From the NCBI GenBank assembly GCA_003222155.1, contig QHUU01000063.1, forward strand, positions 4,794 to 68,793: a stretch of 64,000 nt of DNA. Direction: 5' to 3'. A program made the translations under genes and the position numbers. Source of the DNA: Gemmatimonadota bacterium (GTDB taxonomy: Bacteria; Gemmatimonadota; Gemmatimonadetes; Gemmatimonadales; GWC2-71-9). The notes beneath the pieces were generated by a model that was not told where the DNA came from, made no database searches, and was given only the letters and a program-made list of their open reading frames with translations. Positions 50,854-59,428 of the stretch are shown here, in pieces (within the stretch, counting starts at the first letter, position 1; every line of letters starts with the position of its first letter).

Positions 50854-52599
50854 ATGAGGTATTGGGCTCAATGGTCCGCGACGACACTGGTCGCGGCGCT
50901 CGTCGCGGCACCGCTGTGCGGGCAGGGGTCGGGAGGAGTCTCGAATCCGGGCATCCCCCCCTCGGCCCCCGCGGTGGTGACGAACGCGATGCTGGCGAAC
51001 GCCGCGGCGAGCGGCGACTGGCTGATGTACGGGCACAACTACTGGAACAACCGGTTCTCCCCCCTCAAGACGATCAACGCCACCAACGTGAGGCGTCTGG
51101 TCGCGCGGGCGGTGTACACCCACGGCTCGACCCAGCTGGGCAGCTTCGAGACCACGCCGATCGTCGTGAGCGGGACGATGTACATCACGTCGCCCGCGAC
51201 ACCGAACAACATCGTGCGCGCCTTCGACCTGCGCACGCAGAAAATGCTGTGGGAGTACACGCACAAGAACGCGCCGGTCGCGACCGCGTGCTGCGGTCCC
51301 AACAACCGCGGCGTGGCGGTCTCCGGCGGGTCCGTGTTCGTGGGCACGCTCGATGACGAGCTGGTGGCACTCGACGCCGCCACCGGGAAGGAGAAGTGGG
51401 CGGTCAAGGTGGGCGACGGGCCCGAGGCAGGCTACACCGAGACGATGGCGCCCCTCGTGATCGGCGACAACGTGATCATCGGGACTTCCGGCGCCGAATA
51501 CGGCATCCGCGGCTACGTGAAGGCCTTCAACGCGGCGAGCGGTGCGCCGGTCTGGACGTGGTACACGCTGCCCTCGCCGGAAGACGGGGGCTGGTGGGGC
51601 CCCTTCTCCAAGACCACGCCCGAGGGCGACGACCTGAAGCGCGACGTCGCGAAGGAGCGTGCCGACTCCGCCAAGTACGCCGATGCCTGGAAGACCGGCG
51701 GCGGCTCGGTGTGGATGACACCCGCCTACGACGACGTGAGCAAGACGTTATTCGTCGCGATCGGCAACCCGTCGCCCGACCTGGACGGCTCGATCCGCCC
51801 CGGCGACAACCGCTGGACCGAATCGGTCGTCGCGATCGACGCGACCAACGGCAAGTTCAAGTGGGGATACCAGGAGGTGCCGCACGACGTGTGGGACCTG
51901 GACGCGGTGAGTCCTCCGGTGATCGCGATGGTGGGGGGGAAGAAGGCCGTGGTGGAGGCGGGCAAGACCGGTTTCGTGTACGTGCTGGACGCGGCCACCG
52001 GCAAGCTGATCCGGCGCTCCGCGGCGTTCGTGCCCCAGCAGAACATGTACAGCCAGCCGACCGCCGACGGCGTGTTCATGCTCCCGGGTGCGAACGGCGG
52101 CCAGGAGTGGTCGCCCATCGCGGTGCATCCGGATCTGGGCTACGCCTATACGGTGGGCCTGCACCAGCCGATGCATTACAAGGTGCATTACGCGCCGTGG
52201 GAGAAGGGCCGGTTGTGGCTCGGCAGCGCCTTCGTGCGCATCCCGGACGCGAAGGGCGGCTACTCGGGTGAGTACGGCAATGTGAACGCGATCGACTTGA
52301 ACACCGGCAAGATCGCGTGGAGCGTGAAGACCGAGCTGCCGATGATGGGCGGCGCGACCGCCACCGCGGGCGGCCTGGTGTTCGCGGGCGAGGGCAACGG
52401 CTGGTTCAAGGCGTACGACGCCAAGACCGGCGCGGTGCTGTGGCAGTTCAACTGCGGCGCCGGCGCCAACGCGGCGCCTTCGGTGTTCGAGCTCGACGGT
52501 GAGGAGTTTGTGGCGGTGGCGGCGGGAGGCAACTTCCAGATCAGCTATCCGCTGGGGAATTCGGTCTTCGTCTTCGGACTGCCGAAGGCCGGGATGTAG
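50854..52599 (+). CDS. Soluble PQQ-dependent dehydrogenase (methanol/ethanol family), lanthanide-type D-x-D motif
   Basis: Signal peptide. Eight-bladed propeller motifs (WLMYGHNYWNNRFSPL), a vicinal disulfide ATACCGPNNRG, and PHDVWDLDAV. Confidence 0.9.
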   Translation: MRYWAQWSATTLVAALVAAPLCGQGSGGVSNPGIPPSAPAVVTNAMLANAAASGDWLMYGHNYWNNRFSPLKTINATNVRRLVARAVYTHGSTQLGSFETTPIVVSGTMYITSPATPNNIVRAFDLRTQKMLWEYTHKNAPVATACCGPNNRGVAVSGGSVFVGTLDDELVALDAATGKEKWAVKVGDGPEAGYTETMAPLVIGDNVIIGTSGAEYGIRGYVKAFNAASGAPVWTWYTLPSPEDGGWWGPFSKTTPEGDDLKRDVAKERADSAKYADAWKTGGGSVWMTPAYDDVSKTLFVAIGNPSPDLDGSIRPGDNRWTESVVAIDATNGKFKWGYQEVPHDVWDLDAVSPPVIAMVGGKKAVVEAGKTGFVYVLDAATGKLIRRSAAFVPQQNMYSQPTADGVFMLPGANGGQEWSPIAVHPDLGYAYTVGLHQPMHYKVHYAPWEKGRLWLGSAFVRIPDAKGGYSGEYGNVNAIDLNTGKIAWSVKTELPMMGGATATAGGLVFAGEGNGWFKAYDAKTGAVLWQFNCGAGANAAPSVFELDGEEFVAVAAGGNFQISYPLGNSVFVFGLPKAGM

Positions 52600-52608
52600 G
52601 CTCGTTTC

Positions 52609-52677
52609 CAGGCCCCGGCGGGGTCTCCCTGCGCGACAAAAAGACGCGGTCGCTCCGGGAGACCCCGCCGGGGCCTG
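52609..52677 (+). terminator. Perfect 21-bp inverted repeat hairpin 10 nt after the PQQ-dehydrogenase stop
   Basis: CAGGCCCCGGCGGGGTCTCCC (52609-52629) pairs perfectly with GGGAGACCCCGCCGGGGCCTG (52657-52677), with an inner 5-bp helix GCGAC/GTCGC. No U-tract follows. Confidence 0.5.
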
Positions 52678-52772
52678 ATCCCCCATCCCCTTCCCACAGG
52701 GCGAGTTGCGGCCGGTGGCGCGTGCGCCCCTACGGCTGCGAGGGGCCGAAAACCCGCCCGCTATTGCATTTA

Positions 52773-52780
52773 GGGGGGGG
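52773..52780 (+). repeat. G8 homopolymer tract in the long porin upstream region
   Basis: TAGGGGGGGGTCAT. The tract lies between TTGCAT (52765-52770) and AATATT (52789-52794). Confidence 0.9.
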
Positions 52781-53039
52781 TCATACCCAATATTTTGCGG
52801 GATTCTGGGCCAGGGGCGGCCGGAAGGTGGGTTTGCCCTTGGTCCCCCGGGATCACCTCGGACGCCGTCCCTGGCGGCCACTCCTGCGAGCAAGTATAAG
52901 GTCTGCGGGAGCGGGGAGTCGCACTCGAAGAGGAGGTGGGCTCCGCAACTTTCCTTATCAGGTCGGTCATACACAGGCGTAGTGAGAAGCCAGACGAGCA
53001 GGCTACCTAGCAGGCCAACTCCCAAGGAGGGGTTCTCGT

Positions 53040-54209
53040 ATGAAGCGTCTCACGTTGCTGTTGTTGGGTCTCGCGCTCGGCGTCACGGCGACGGCCAAGG
53101 CGCAAGGCCTGACGATGCAGATGTCGAATGGCTGGTCGTTCGCGTTCTCCGGGAACGTGAACGCGTTCTGGGTGTTCTCGTCAGACTCTACCAAGGCATC
53201 CAAGAACTCGAGCGTACGCACAGGGTTGCTCCCAGCGTTCGCCACGTTCGAGGCCAGGGGCAAGGAATCCGGAATGAACCTTGGCATCCACTTCGGCTTT
53301 GCGCCACAGATCCAGAACGCAGGTAACGCACATGACCAGTTCGGCGCGAATATCGACATGCGTCAAGTTTACCTGACGATCGGCGGGCAGTGGGGCCAGA
53401 TCCTTGCGGGCCGCGAGCTTGCGCTGTTTCAGAGACAGAACATCCTCAGCGACATGACCTTGTTCGGAGTTGGTGCGGTCGGCGACCCTCAGGGCGGGGG
53501 CACGACGCTGGGTCGCATCGGTTACGGTTACATTTACCCAAACTTCAACGCCCAGGTTACCTACAGTTCGAACCCGAAGAACCCGGCGCAGCTGTCAATC
53601 GGCTTGTTCCAGCCTTCGGTCTTCGGCGGGTTCGGAGTCACGAAGATCCCGCGCCTCGAAGCTGAAGGGACCTGGCATCAGACGCAGGGCAAGACCAAGT
53701 ATATGGTCTGGGTCGGTGGGGAATGGCAGACCACTTCGAACGCGGCAGACAGTTCGGTCAGTTCGGTGGGTGGAACGGCTGGCGTGAAGGTGGACCTCCA
53801 GGACCTGTCTGTGGTCGTCAATGGTTACGTCGGCAGCGGGATCGGCACAACGTTCGGCTTCTCCCCAGACGCCGTTGCCAATGGTACCAACAAGCGCAAG
53901 TCGGACGGCGGGATTGTCCAAGTCAGCTACACAGCTAACAAGAAAACGACGGTAGGGGCAAGCTGGGGCTTCAGCCGATTGAAGGGGGCGGGAACGACCA
54001 GCACGGACGGCACCGACGCCCCACTTGGGCAGGTCTCATTGTATACCGTTGGCGTCTACCATCAGTGGACCAAGTCTCTGAAGCTTGTCTTCGAGGGCAG
54101 CCGCGAGATCAACGCGCATATCGGCACGTCTGCGATCCTGCGCGGAGCGGTTGGCGTGCCGCCACTCAACCGTACGCTATTGTCCGGCGGGTTCATGCTC
54201 TTCTTCTAG
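53040..54209 (+). CDS. Outer-membrane porin (beta-barrel)
   Basis: AAGGAGG RBS and signal peptide MKRLTLLLLGLALGVTATAKAQ. Alternating beta pattern and a C-terminal aromatic residue ...GGFMLFF. Confidence 0.75.
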   Translation: MKRLTLLLLGLALGVTATAKAQGLTMQMSNGWSFAFSGNVNAFWVFSSDSTKASKNSSVRTGLLPAFATFEARGKESGMNLGIHFGFAPQIQNAGNAHDQFGANIDMRQVYLTIGGQWGQILAGRELALFQRQNILSDMTLFGVGAVGDPQGGGTTLGRIGYGYIYPNFNAQVTYSSNPKNPAQLSIGLFQPSVFGGFGVTKIPRLEAEGTWHQTQGKTKYMVWVGGEWQTTSNAADSSVSSVGGTAGVKVDLQDLSVVVNGYVGSGIGTTFGFSPDAVANGTNKRKSDGGIVQVSYTANKKTTVGASWGFSRLKGAGTTSTDGTDAPLGQVSLYTVGVYHQWTKSLKLVFEGSREINAHIGTSAILRGAVGVPPLNRTLLSGGFMLFF

Positions 54210-54234
54210 AGCAGAACGAGCACGGTAGAACGGA

Positions 54235-54262
54235 AAGAGGCCGGGAGCGATCCCGGCCTCTT
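54235..54262 (+). terminator. Rho-independent terminator after the porin gene
   Basis: AAGAGGCCGGGA GCGA TCCCGGCCTCTT forms a 12-bp stem with a GNRA-type loop, followed by ACGTTTGTG...GTTTTCG. Confidence 0.7.
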
Positions 54263-54318
54263 ACGTTTGTGCGTGACGTTTTCGTGCTACGCCTCTGTGC
54301 TACGTCTTTGGGTGACGT

Positions 54319-54534
54319 CTATTTGTAGCGGTACGTAATCCGGCCTCTCGTAAGGTCGTAAGGCGACAAATCCACCGCCACTCTATCTCCCTGCAGGATC
54401 CGGATGTAGTTCTTGCGCATCTTCCCGCTGACGTAGGCCAGCACCTCGTGCCCGTTCTCGAGCTTCACGCGGAAGGTCGTGTTGGGAAGCACCTCGGTGA
54501 TCGTGCCCATCATCTGTATCGCGTCGCCCGCCAC
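54319..54534 (-). CDS. infA: Translation initiation factor IF-1
   Basis: GTG start. [62 protein letters not shown]. The longer ORF-track version (to 54732) is an upstream extension. Confidence 0.9.
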   Translation of the reverse strand: MAGDAIQMMGTITEVLPNTTFRVKLENGHEVLAYVSGKMRKNYIRILQGDRVAVDLSPYDLTRGRITYRYK

Positions 54535-54554
54535 GTCCCGGTCGCCTCCTCGTC

Positions 54555-54824
54555 CTACGCGCGCGCCGCGTGCGGATCCATCGTCTCGTCCCGCGGGGGC
54601 TCCCGGCCCCGCTCGATATACGACGCATGCCGCCCGCAACTCTGGCAGGTGAGCGTCACGCGCTCGGGCGCGAGCGGCCCGAGCTTGGTCCCCCGTCGCC
54701 GGGGCGCGCGCACGATCGACCGCGTCCCGCACGAGGGGCAGACCAGGGGCACATGCTCGCGGTCCGCTGCGATCAGCGCCAGCGCTTCCGGCGCCCGGTA
54801 TTCCTTTATTCCGCGTCGTCCCAC
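54555..54824 (-). CDS. Small zinc-ribbon protein (hypothetical)
   Basis: CPSCG...CQSCG pair, 89 aa, ending 20 nt upstream of infA. GC3-rich codons. Confidence 0.45.
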   Translation of the reverse strand: MGRRGIKEYRAPEALALIAADREHVPLVCPSCGTRSIVRAPRRRGTKLGPLAPERVTLTCQSCGRHASYIERGREPPRDETMDPHAARA

Positions 54825-54900
54825 GGCTCTAGGTCACGCCTCCAACGTGGGAATCTAGCCACCCCAGGAAGGGCCTCCAGCGGAGCGATTGCGGGCCTGC

Positions 54901-54928
54901 TTGACAGCCTTGCCGCGGGGCGTATCTC
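54901..54928 (+). promoter_or_regulatory. Sigma-70-like promoter candidate
   Basis: TTGACA (54901-54906), 16-nt spacer, TATCTC (54923-54928). GGAGG at 54940 and ATG at 54954. Confidence 0.3.
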
Positions 54929-54953
54929 TCATCCAGCCCGGAGGTTCCGCCAG

Positions 54954-55217
54954 ATGGACCGCCCCAAATACGTGCCCGTCGCCGAGATCGAGGTGGATGC
55001 GGCTCGACCCGACCATCAGGGCTTCACGCTCACCGGCCAGGGCGCCGATCACGCCGAATACCAGCTCGACCTGCACTTCGGCATGCCGCTCGACGCCAAG
55101 ACCCGCAGCGTGCTCGGCGAGCTGTTGTCGCACTCCGATTTGACGATCTCACGCCGGGCGCCGGGCGGGCTGGTCCAGGCGCTGCGCCAGCGTCGTAACC
55201 GCGCATCACAGTCGTAG
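54954..55217 (+). CDS. Hypothetical protein (87 aa)
   Basis: ATG preceded by GGAGG. No family recognised. Confidence 0.45.
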   Translation: MDRPKYVPVAEIEVDAARPDHQGFTLTGQGADHAEYQLDLHFGMPLDAKTRSVLGELLSHSDLTISRRAPGGLVQALRQRRNRASQS

Positions 55218-55294
55218 TTCCGACGAAAATCCTTGACGCTCCCGAGGGGTCGATGTAGCTTGGCGCGACCTTCAGCGCCGGAGCAGCGTGTTCG

Positions 55295-55618
55295 ATGCCC
55301 CCCCCAGCTGAGCTCGGCGGGTCGCAGATTTCTTCGCTGCTCGAAGCCCTCCCCGGCATCGCGAGTGTACTGCGCAGCCCCGTGGCGGACGCCCTGGTCA
55401 AAGCGATCCGCGGCGCCGCGGGATTGGGCGAGTTCACCGTCGACGACGCCGAGGAGTTGGTCCGTTACGCGGTGCGCCGCGGCCTGATCGGTCCGGAGGA
55501 AGGCGACCGCGTCCTCGCCGACGTACAGGGCGCGCTCAAGCGCAAGCCTCCCAAGAGCGCCGTCAAGCCCAAACCGGCCCCGAAGAAGAAGCCCGCCAAG
55601 AAGAAGTCGCGCCGGTGA
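55295..55618 (+). CDS. Hypothetical protein with Lys/Pro/Ala-rich histone-H1-like tail
   Basis: C-terminal KRKPPKSAVKPKPAPKKKPAKKKSRR. Confidence 0.45.
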   Translation: MPPPAELGGSQISSLLEALPGIASVLRSPVADALVKAIRGAAGLGEFTVDDAEELVRYAVRRGLIGPEEGDRVLADVQGALKRKPPKSAVKPKPAPKKKPAKKKSRR

Positions 55619-55628
55619 AGCAGCGCGT

Positions 55629-57329
55629 CTAGACGCGGAATCCCCGCACCAATTCGTGGAGCTTGTCGGCCGCCTGCAGCAGACTACCTGCGGCGGCCGC
55701 CATCTCCTGGGTCGAGGCGCCCTGCTGCTCCGCGGCGGCCGTCGCCTGCTCCGCCCCGCTCGCATGCGCCGTCGCCCGTCCCGACACCTGTTGGGCCTGT
55801 TCCTGCAGGCGCAACGTCGTCGCGCGGTTCGACTGCGCCGCCATCCGGACCCGCGCCGCCGCCTGCTCCACCAGCTCCACCGCCGTGGCGATCTCGGCGA
55901 GACCGTGGGCCGCCCCTTCCGCGACGGACTCGATCCCCCGCACTTTGGCCTGACCGGCCGCCATCGTGGCGGTGACGTCCTCCATCTGCTCGCGGATCAG
56001 GCCCGTGGTACGCGTCACCTCCTCGGCCGCGCGCGCCGATTCGTCGGCGAGCTGGCGGACTTCTTCGGCCACGACCGCGAACCCGCGGCCGTGCTCGCCG
56101 GCGCGCGCCGCCTCGATCGCGGCGTTCAAAGCGAGCAGGTTCGTCTGCGACGAAATGCGCTTGATGAGATCGACGAAGTCGTCGATCGAGGTGGAGAGCT
56201 CCGTGAGCTGCGCGATCTGCTTGGAGCTGGTCTGGACCACTTCGCGCACATCCAGCAGCACGCCGCCGGCGGCGGCCACGTCGCCGCGGTGTCGCTCGGC
56301 CACGGTGCGGATCTCCTCGCCCAGCTTCGCCGCCCGCTCCGCCGCGTCCGCCATGTCCCCCGTCGCCTTGCCCAGCTCGTCCAGTCCCGTACCCATGAAG
56401 CCGAGGGCGGCGCGCTGCTGATCCGCGCCGCTGGAAATCTCCACCATCGCCGTCGACACCTCGCTCGAGGAGGCGGCGAGCTGCTCGCTCACCGCGGACA
56501 GATCCCCCGCCGACCCGGCGATCCGGTCCGCCTCGGTGATCACCTCGCCGACGATCCGGCGCAGCCGGTCCCCCATGTGCTGCATCGCGTCGGCGAGCAC
56601 ACGGAACTCGCGCGGCATGTCGCCCGTCGTGACCGGCCGCAGGTCGCCCGCCCCGAACCGCTCCGCGGCTGTCACGAGCCGCGCGAGCGGGCCCTGCACC
56701 GACTGGAGCGTATAGCGCGACAGGAACACGCCCGCGATCACGAGCGCGACCACGAACGCCCAGAGCTTGCGCTCCCGCTCGGCGGCGTCCGTGGTGAGCC
56801 GTTCGGCCGCCTTCGCCGCCTTCTGGGCCTGGCGCCGCGACAGATCGCGCACCAGACGCGTCAACTCGGTCGACTGGGACCGCACCGCAGCAGCTCGGGC
56901 CACGGCTTCCTGATCGCGCCCCAGGTCTTTCAACGCGTGGGCGATCGAGTATTCGGTCTGGATCGTGGCGTGCAGCTGCTTGAGGCGGTTGACGGTGACG
57001 CGGTCTTCGGCGGTGAGGCCGCCCAGGGCGTCCAGCCGCCGCTCGTACTGGAACGCGTCGTCGGCGGTCGTCTGAAACTGCCGCCGCGCATCGGCGCCAG
57101 GGGACGCGAGATACTGCTCGGCCGCGCGGATCTCCTCGAGTACGCTCGTGACGAGACCACTCCCGACCTCGGTCGACGCCCGCAGGCCGGCCAGCTCCTC
57201 CGCCACGGCCTTGCGCATGCGGCGGAGCGTGGCCGCGCCGGCGATCGCCGTGACCACCAGGCCGACCATGAGCAGCACCAGCCCCACCAGAATGCGGTTC
57301 CGGATGGTGGCGAGCGGACTCCGCATCAC
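55629..57329 (-). CDS. Methyl-accepting chemotaxis protein
   Basis: Two TM segments flank a helical sensor domain, then HAMP. Highly conserved signalling hairpin [37 protein letters not shown]. Confidence 0.9.
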   Translation of the reverse strand: MMRSPLATIRNRILVGLVLLMVGLVVTAIAGAATLRRMRKAVAEELAGLRASTEVGSGLVTSVLEEIRAAEQYLASPGADARRQFQTTADDAFQYERRLDALGGLTAEDRVTVNRLKQLHATIQTEYSIAHALKDLGRDQEAVARAAAVRSQSTELTRLVRDLSRRQAQKAAKAAERLTTDAAERERKLWAFVVALVIAGVFLSRYTLQSVQGPLARLVTAAERFGAGDLRPVTTGDMPREFRVLADAMQHMGDRLRRIVGEVITEADRIAGSAGDLSAVSEQLAASSSEVSTAMVEISSGADQQRAALGFMGTGLDELGKATGDMADAAERAAKLGEEIRTVAERHRGDVAAAGGVLLDVREVVQTSSKQIAQLTELSTSIDDFVDLIKRISSQTNLLALNAAIEAARAGEHGRGFAVVAEEVRQLADESARAAEEVTRTTGLIREQMEDVTATMAAGQAKVRGIESVAEGAAHGLAEIATAVELVEQAAARVRMAAQSNRATTLRLQEQAQQVSGRATAHASGAEQATAAAEQQGASTQEMAAAAGSLLQAADKLHELVRGFRV

Positions 57330-58498
57330 CGCTCCGCCTGGGTCACCAGCGCGCCGTCGTGCACCACGCCGATCACGACGGTCTTCCCCCGCACGTCGCC
57401 GTTGGCGTCGAACGCGATCGCGCCCGTGACGCCCTCGAACTGCCCCCGGCCCGGGCCGACGTGCGCGAGAAAGTCGCGGACCGCGCCCCGCGCGGCACCC
57501 GCGCGCTCAATCGCCCGCGCCAGCAGCAGCACGGCGTCGTAGGCCCCGGCCCCGCGGTGGTCGGGGCGCAGCCCCGGGAAGGCGCGGGCGTAATCCGCCA
57601 CGAACGCCGCGTTGCGCTCGTCGCGCCGGTCGGGAAGATAGGCCGAGGAGATCCGCACCCCTTCTGCGAGCGCCCCGTCGGCCTCGATGCCCGTGAGCGC
57701 GTCGCCCCCGAGCACCGGCCAGCGCACGCCCAGCGCAGCCATCTCCCGGAGCGCGAGCTCCGCTCCCGGTCGCTCGCCGGCGACGAGCAGCACGTCGACC
57801 CCCGCCCGCCGCATACGGGACAGGTACGGCTCGAGCGACGGCGTCGCCGCGACGTAGGGATCCGCTTCCTCCACGGCTCCACCCAGCCGCGTGAACTCCG
57901 CCGCGAACGTGCCGCGCACCCCGCGTCCATAGTCATTGTTGATGTAGATGATGCCCGCCCGCCGCGCGCCCAGCGCCTGCCAGGCGTAGCGCGCCAGCTC
58001 GGGCCCGTGCTGCAGGTCGCTCGGGCACACACGGAACACCCACGGGCTGAACCCCGACAGATCGGGACTCGACGCCGAGGGCGAGATCATCGCGACGGGA
58101 GTGGGCCCGGCGGCGTACACCCGTGCGGCGGCGATCGTCGTGCCGGACGAGAGGTGCCCCACCACCGCCACGACCGTGGGATCCGCGTACAGCTGCTCCG
58201 CCACCCGCACCGCCGTGTCTTCGCTTCCCGAGTCATCGGCGACCCGCAGCTCCAGCGGCCGGCCGCGCACCCCGCGCCTGGCATTGATCTGGTTCACCGC
58301 CAGTTGGGCGGCCCGCAGCATCGACGCGCCGCGCGGCTGGGAGAAGGGGCCCGCCAGCCCGATCGCGACCGGGCGGCCGGGGCGGGCGGAGCACGCCGCG
58401 AGCCCGACGGCAAGGCCGACGACGAGTGACGTTCGCAGAAGCCTTCTCCCTACCAGGTGCGGGGCAAGGTTAAGCTCGGCCAAGGGTAAGCGCAACAT
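57326..58498 (-). CDS. Periplasmic binding protein, type-1 (Leu/Ile/Val-binding family) lipoprotein
   Basis: Lipobox [22 protein letters not shown]...[27 protein letters not shown]. Its stop overlaps the MCP start by 4 nt. Confidence 0.85.
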   Translation of the reverse strand: MLRLPLAELNLAPHLVGRRLLRTSLVVGLAVGLAACSARPGRPVAIGLAGPFSQPRGASMLRAAQLAVNQINARRGVRGRPLELRVADDSGSEDTAVRVAEQLYADPTVVAVVGHLSSGTTIAAARVYAAGPTPVAMISPSASSPDLSGFSPWVFRVCPSDLQHGPELARYAWQALGARRAGIIYINNDYGRGVRGTFAAEFTRLGGAVEEADPYVAATPSLEPYLSRMRRAGVDVLLVAGERPGAELALREMAALGVRWPVLGGDALTGIEADGALAEGVRISSAYLPDRRDERNAAFVADYARAFPGLRPDHRGAGAYDAVLLLARAIERAGAARGAVRDFLAHVGPGRGQFEGVTGAIAFDANGDVRGKTVVIGVVHDGALVTQAER

Positions 58499-58585
58499 TC
58501 CCGCAGGGTTTCCACCCGGTTTTCCAGATGGATGTGGACAAACGCCCGGTTTGCCGGTGCGCGGCGGGGCGGTAGCTTGGTGCAG

Positions 58586-59428
58586 ATGGAACCGTCGCGC
58601 GCGCTGTATCGGTTTGCCGGTGCTCTCGAACCTCTCCTGGTCGCTCCGGATGCCGCCGCCTTCGAGCGGGCGTGGGATGCGGCGCATCTCGACCGCCTCG
58701 CGTGGGAGGCGCTCGCGCTCGCCCGACGGGCGAACAGTGCGGCGCTCGAGCCCGCCCTGCACGCGGTGGACCGCCGGCTCCTCGCCGTGCTGGAGCGCTG
58801 CCGCTCGTTCCTCGATCCGCATCTCGTGACCTTCCGCGTTCCCGAGCTGGAGCGCTGTCAGCACGCGGCCGCCGCGGCGCTCGCCGGGGCGCGCTGGGGC
58901 GTGGCCGGGTTACGAACCGTCATCGCCGATACGGCGGCCCCGCTCGGTCGCCGCTATTTCGCGTTCCTCGCGCTCGCGGAGCGCCATCCGGAAGGGGCCT
59001 GGCCGCTGTTCGAGCGCTATCTCGTGACTCCGGGAGCGCACCACGCGTTCGTCGCCGCGGCGGTGGAAGCGGCGCGGTTCTACGTGGGCCACGCCGCAGT
59101 GCTGGAGCGCCTGTTTCAGCGCATCCGCGGCGACCACCTGCTGCGCCGCTTCCTCGGTCCCAAGATTCTCGAGTCGCTGTACGTCCTCGCCGAGGAGCGT
59201 ACCCTCCCGCTGTTCGAGGAGCTGCTCGTCTCGGGCCACACCGACCCAGACGTGGAGCGCTGCGAGGTGACCCGGGCCCTCGTGGCCGTGCGCCGGCTCA
59301 CGGGACGCGTGGCGCGGAGCTCGAAGTTCGCCGACGGCGACGATCCGGCCGTGCTGCGCACGCTCGACGACGCGGAGCGACAATTCGAGCAGCAGCGGGA
59401 TCGGATCGTGCCGGTGGTGGTCATTTGA
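58586..59428 (+). CDS. Hypothetical all-helical protein
   Basis: Long ORF with consistent codon bias. Alternative start at 58532. No family recognised. Confidence 0.45.
   Translation: MEPSRALYRFAGALEPLLVAPDAAAFERAWDAAHLDRLAWEALALARRANSAALEPALHAVDRRLLAVLERCRSFLDPHLVTFRVPELERCQHAAAAALAGARWGVAGLRTVIADTAAPLGRRYFAFLALAERHPEGAWPLFERYLVTPGAHHAFVAAAVEAARFYVGHAAVLERLFQRIRGDHLLRRFLGPKILESLYVLAEERTLPLFEELLVSGHTDPDVERCEVTRALVAVRRLTGRVARSSKFADGDDPAVLRTLDDAERQFEQQRDRIVPVVVI

Noticed and set aside
52678-53039. Possible SRP RNA or riboswitch in the long porin leader (CCGGAAGG and GCCACTC strings)
   Set aside because: The strings match only a few nucleotides of the SRP helix-8 and B12-box consensus, and the flanking conserved positions (for example GAAGCAGC) are absent. 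I cannot support an RNA gene call. An Rfam cmscan would be decisive.
54319-54732. 137-aa version of the infA ORF from the ORF track
   Set aside because: IF-1 homology starts at the GTG at 54534 (71 aa). The upstream 66 codons are Arg/Ala/Gly-rich and overlap a separate zinc-ribbon ORF in another frame.
57326-58864. 512-aa version of the binding-protein ORF
   Set aside because: The first 122 codons have no signal peptide and are low complexity. A proper lipoprotein signal follows the ATG at 58498.
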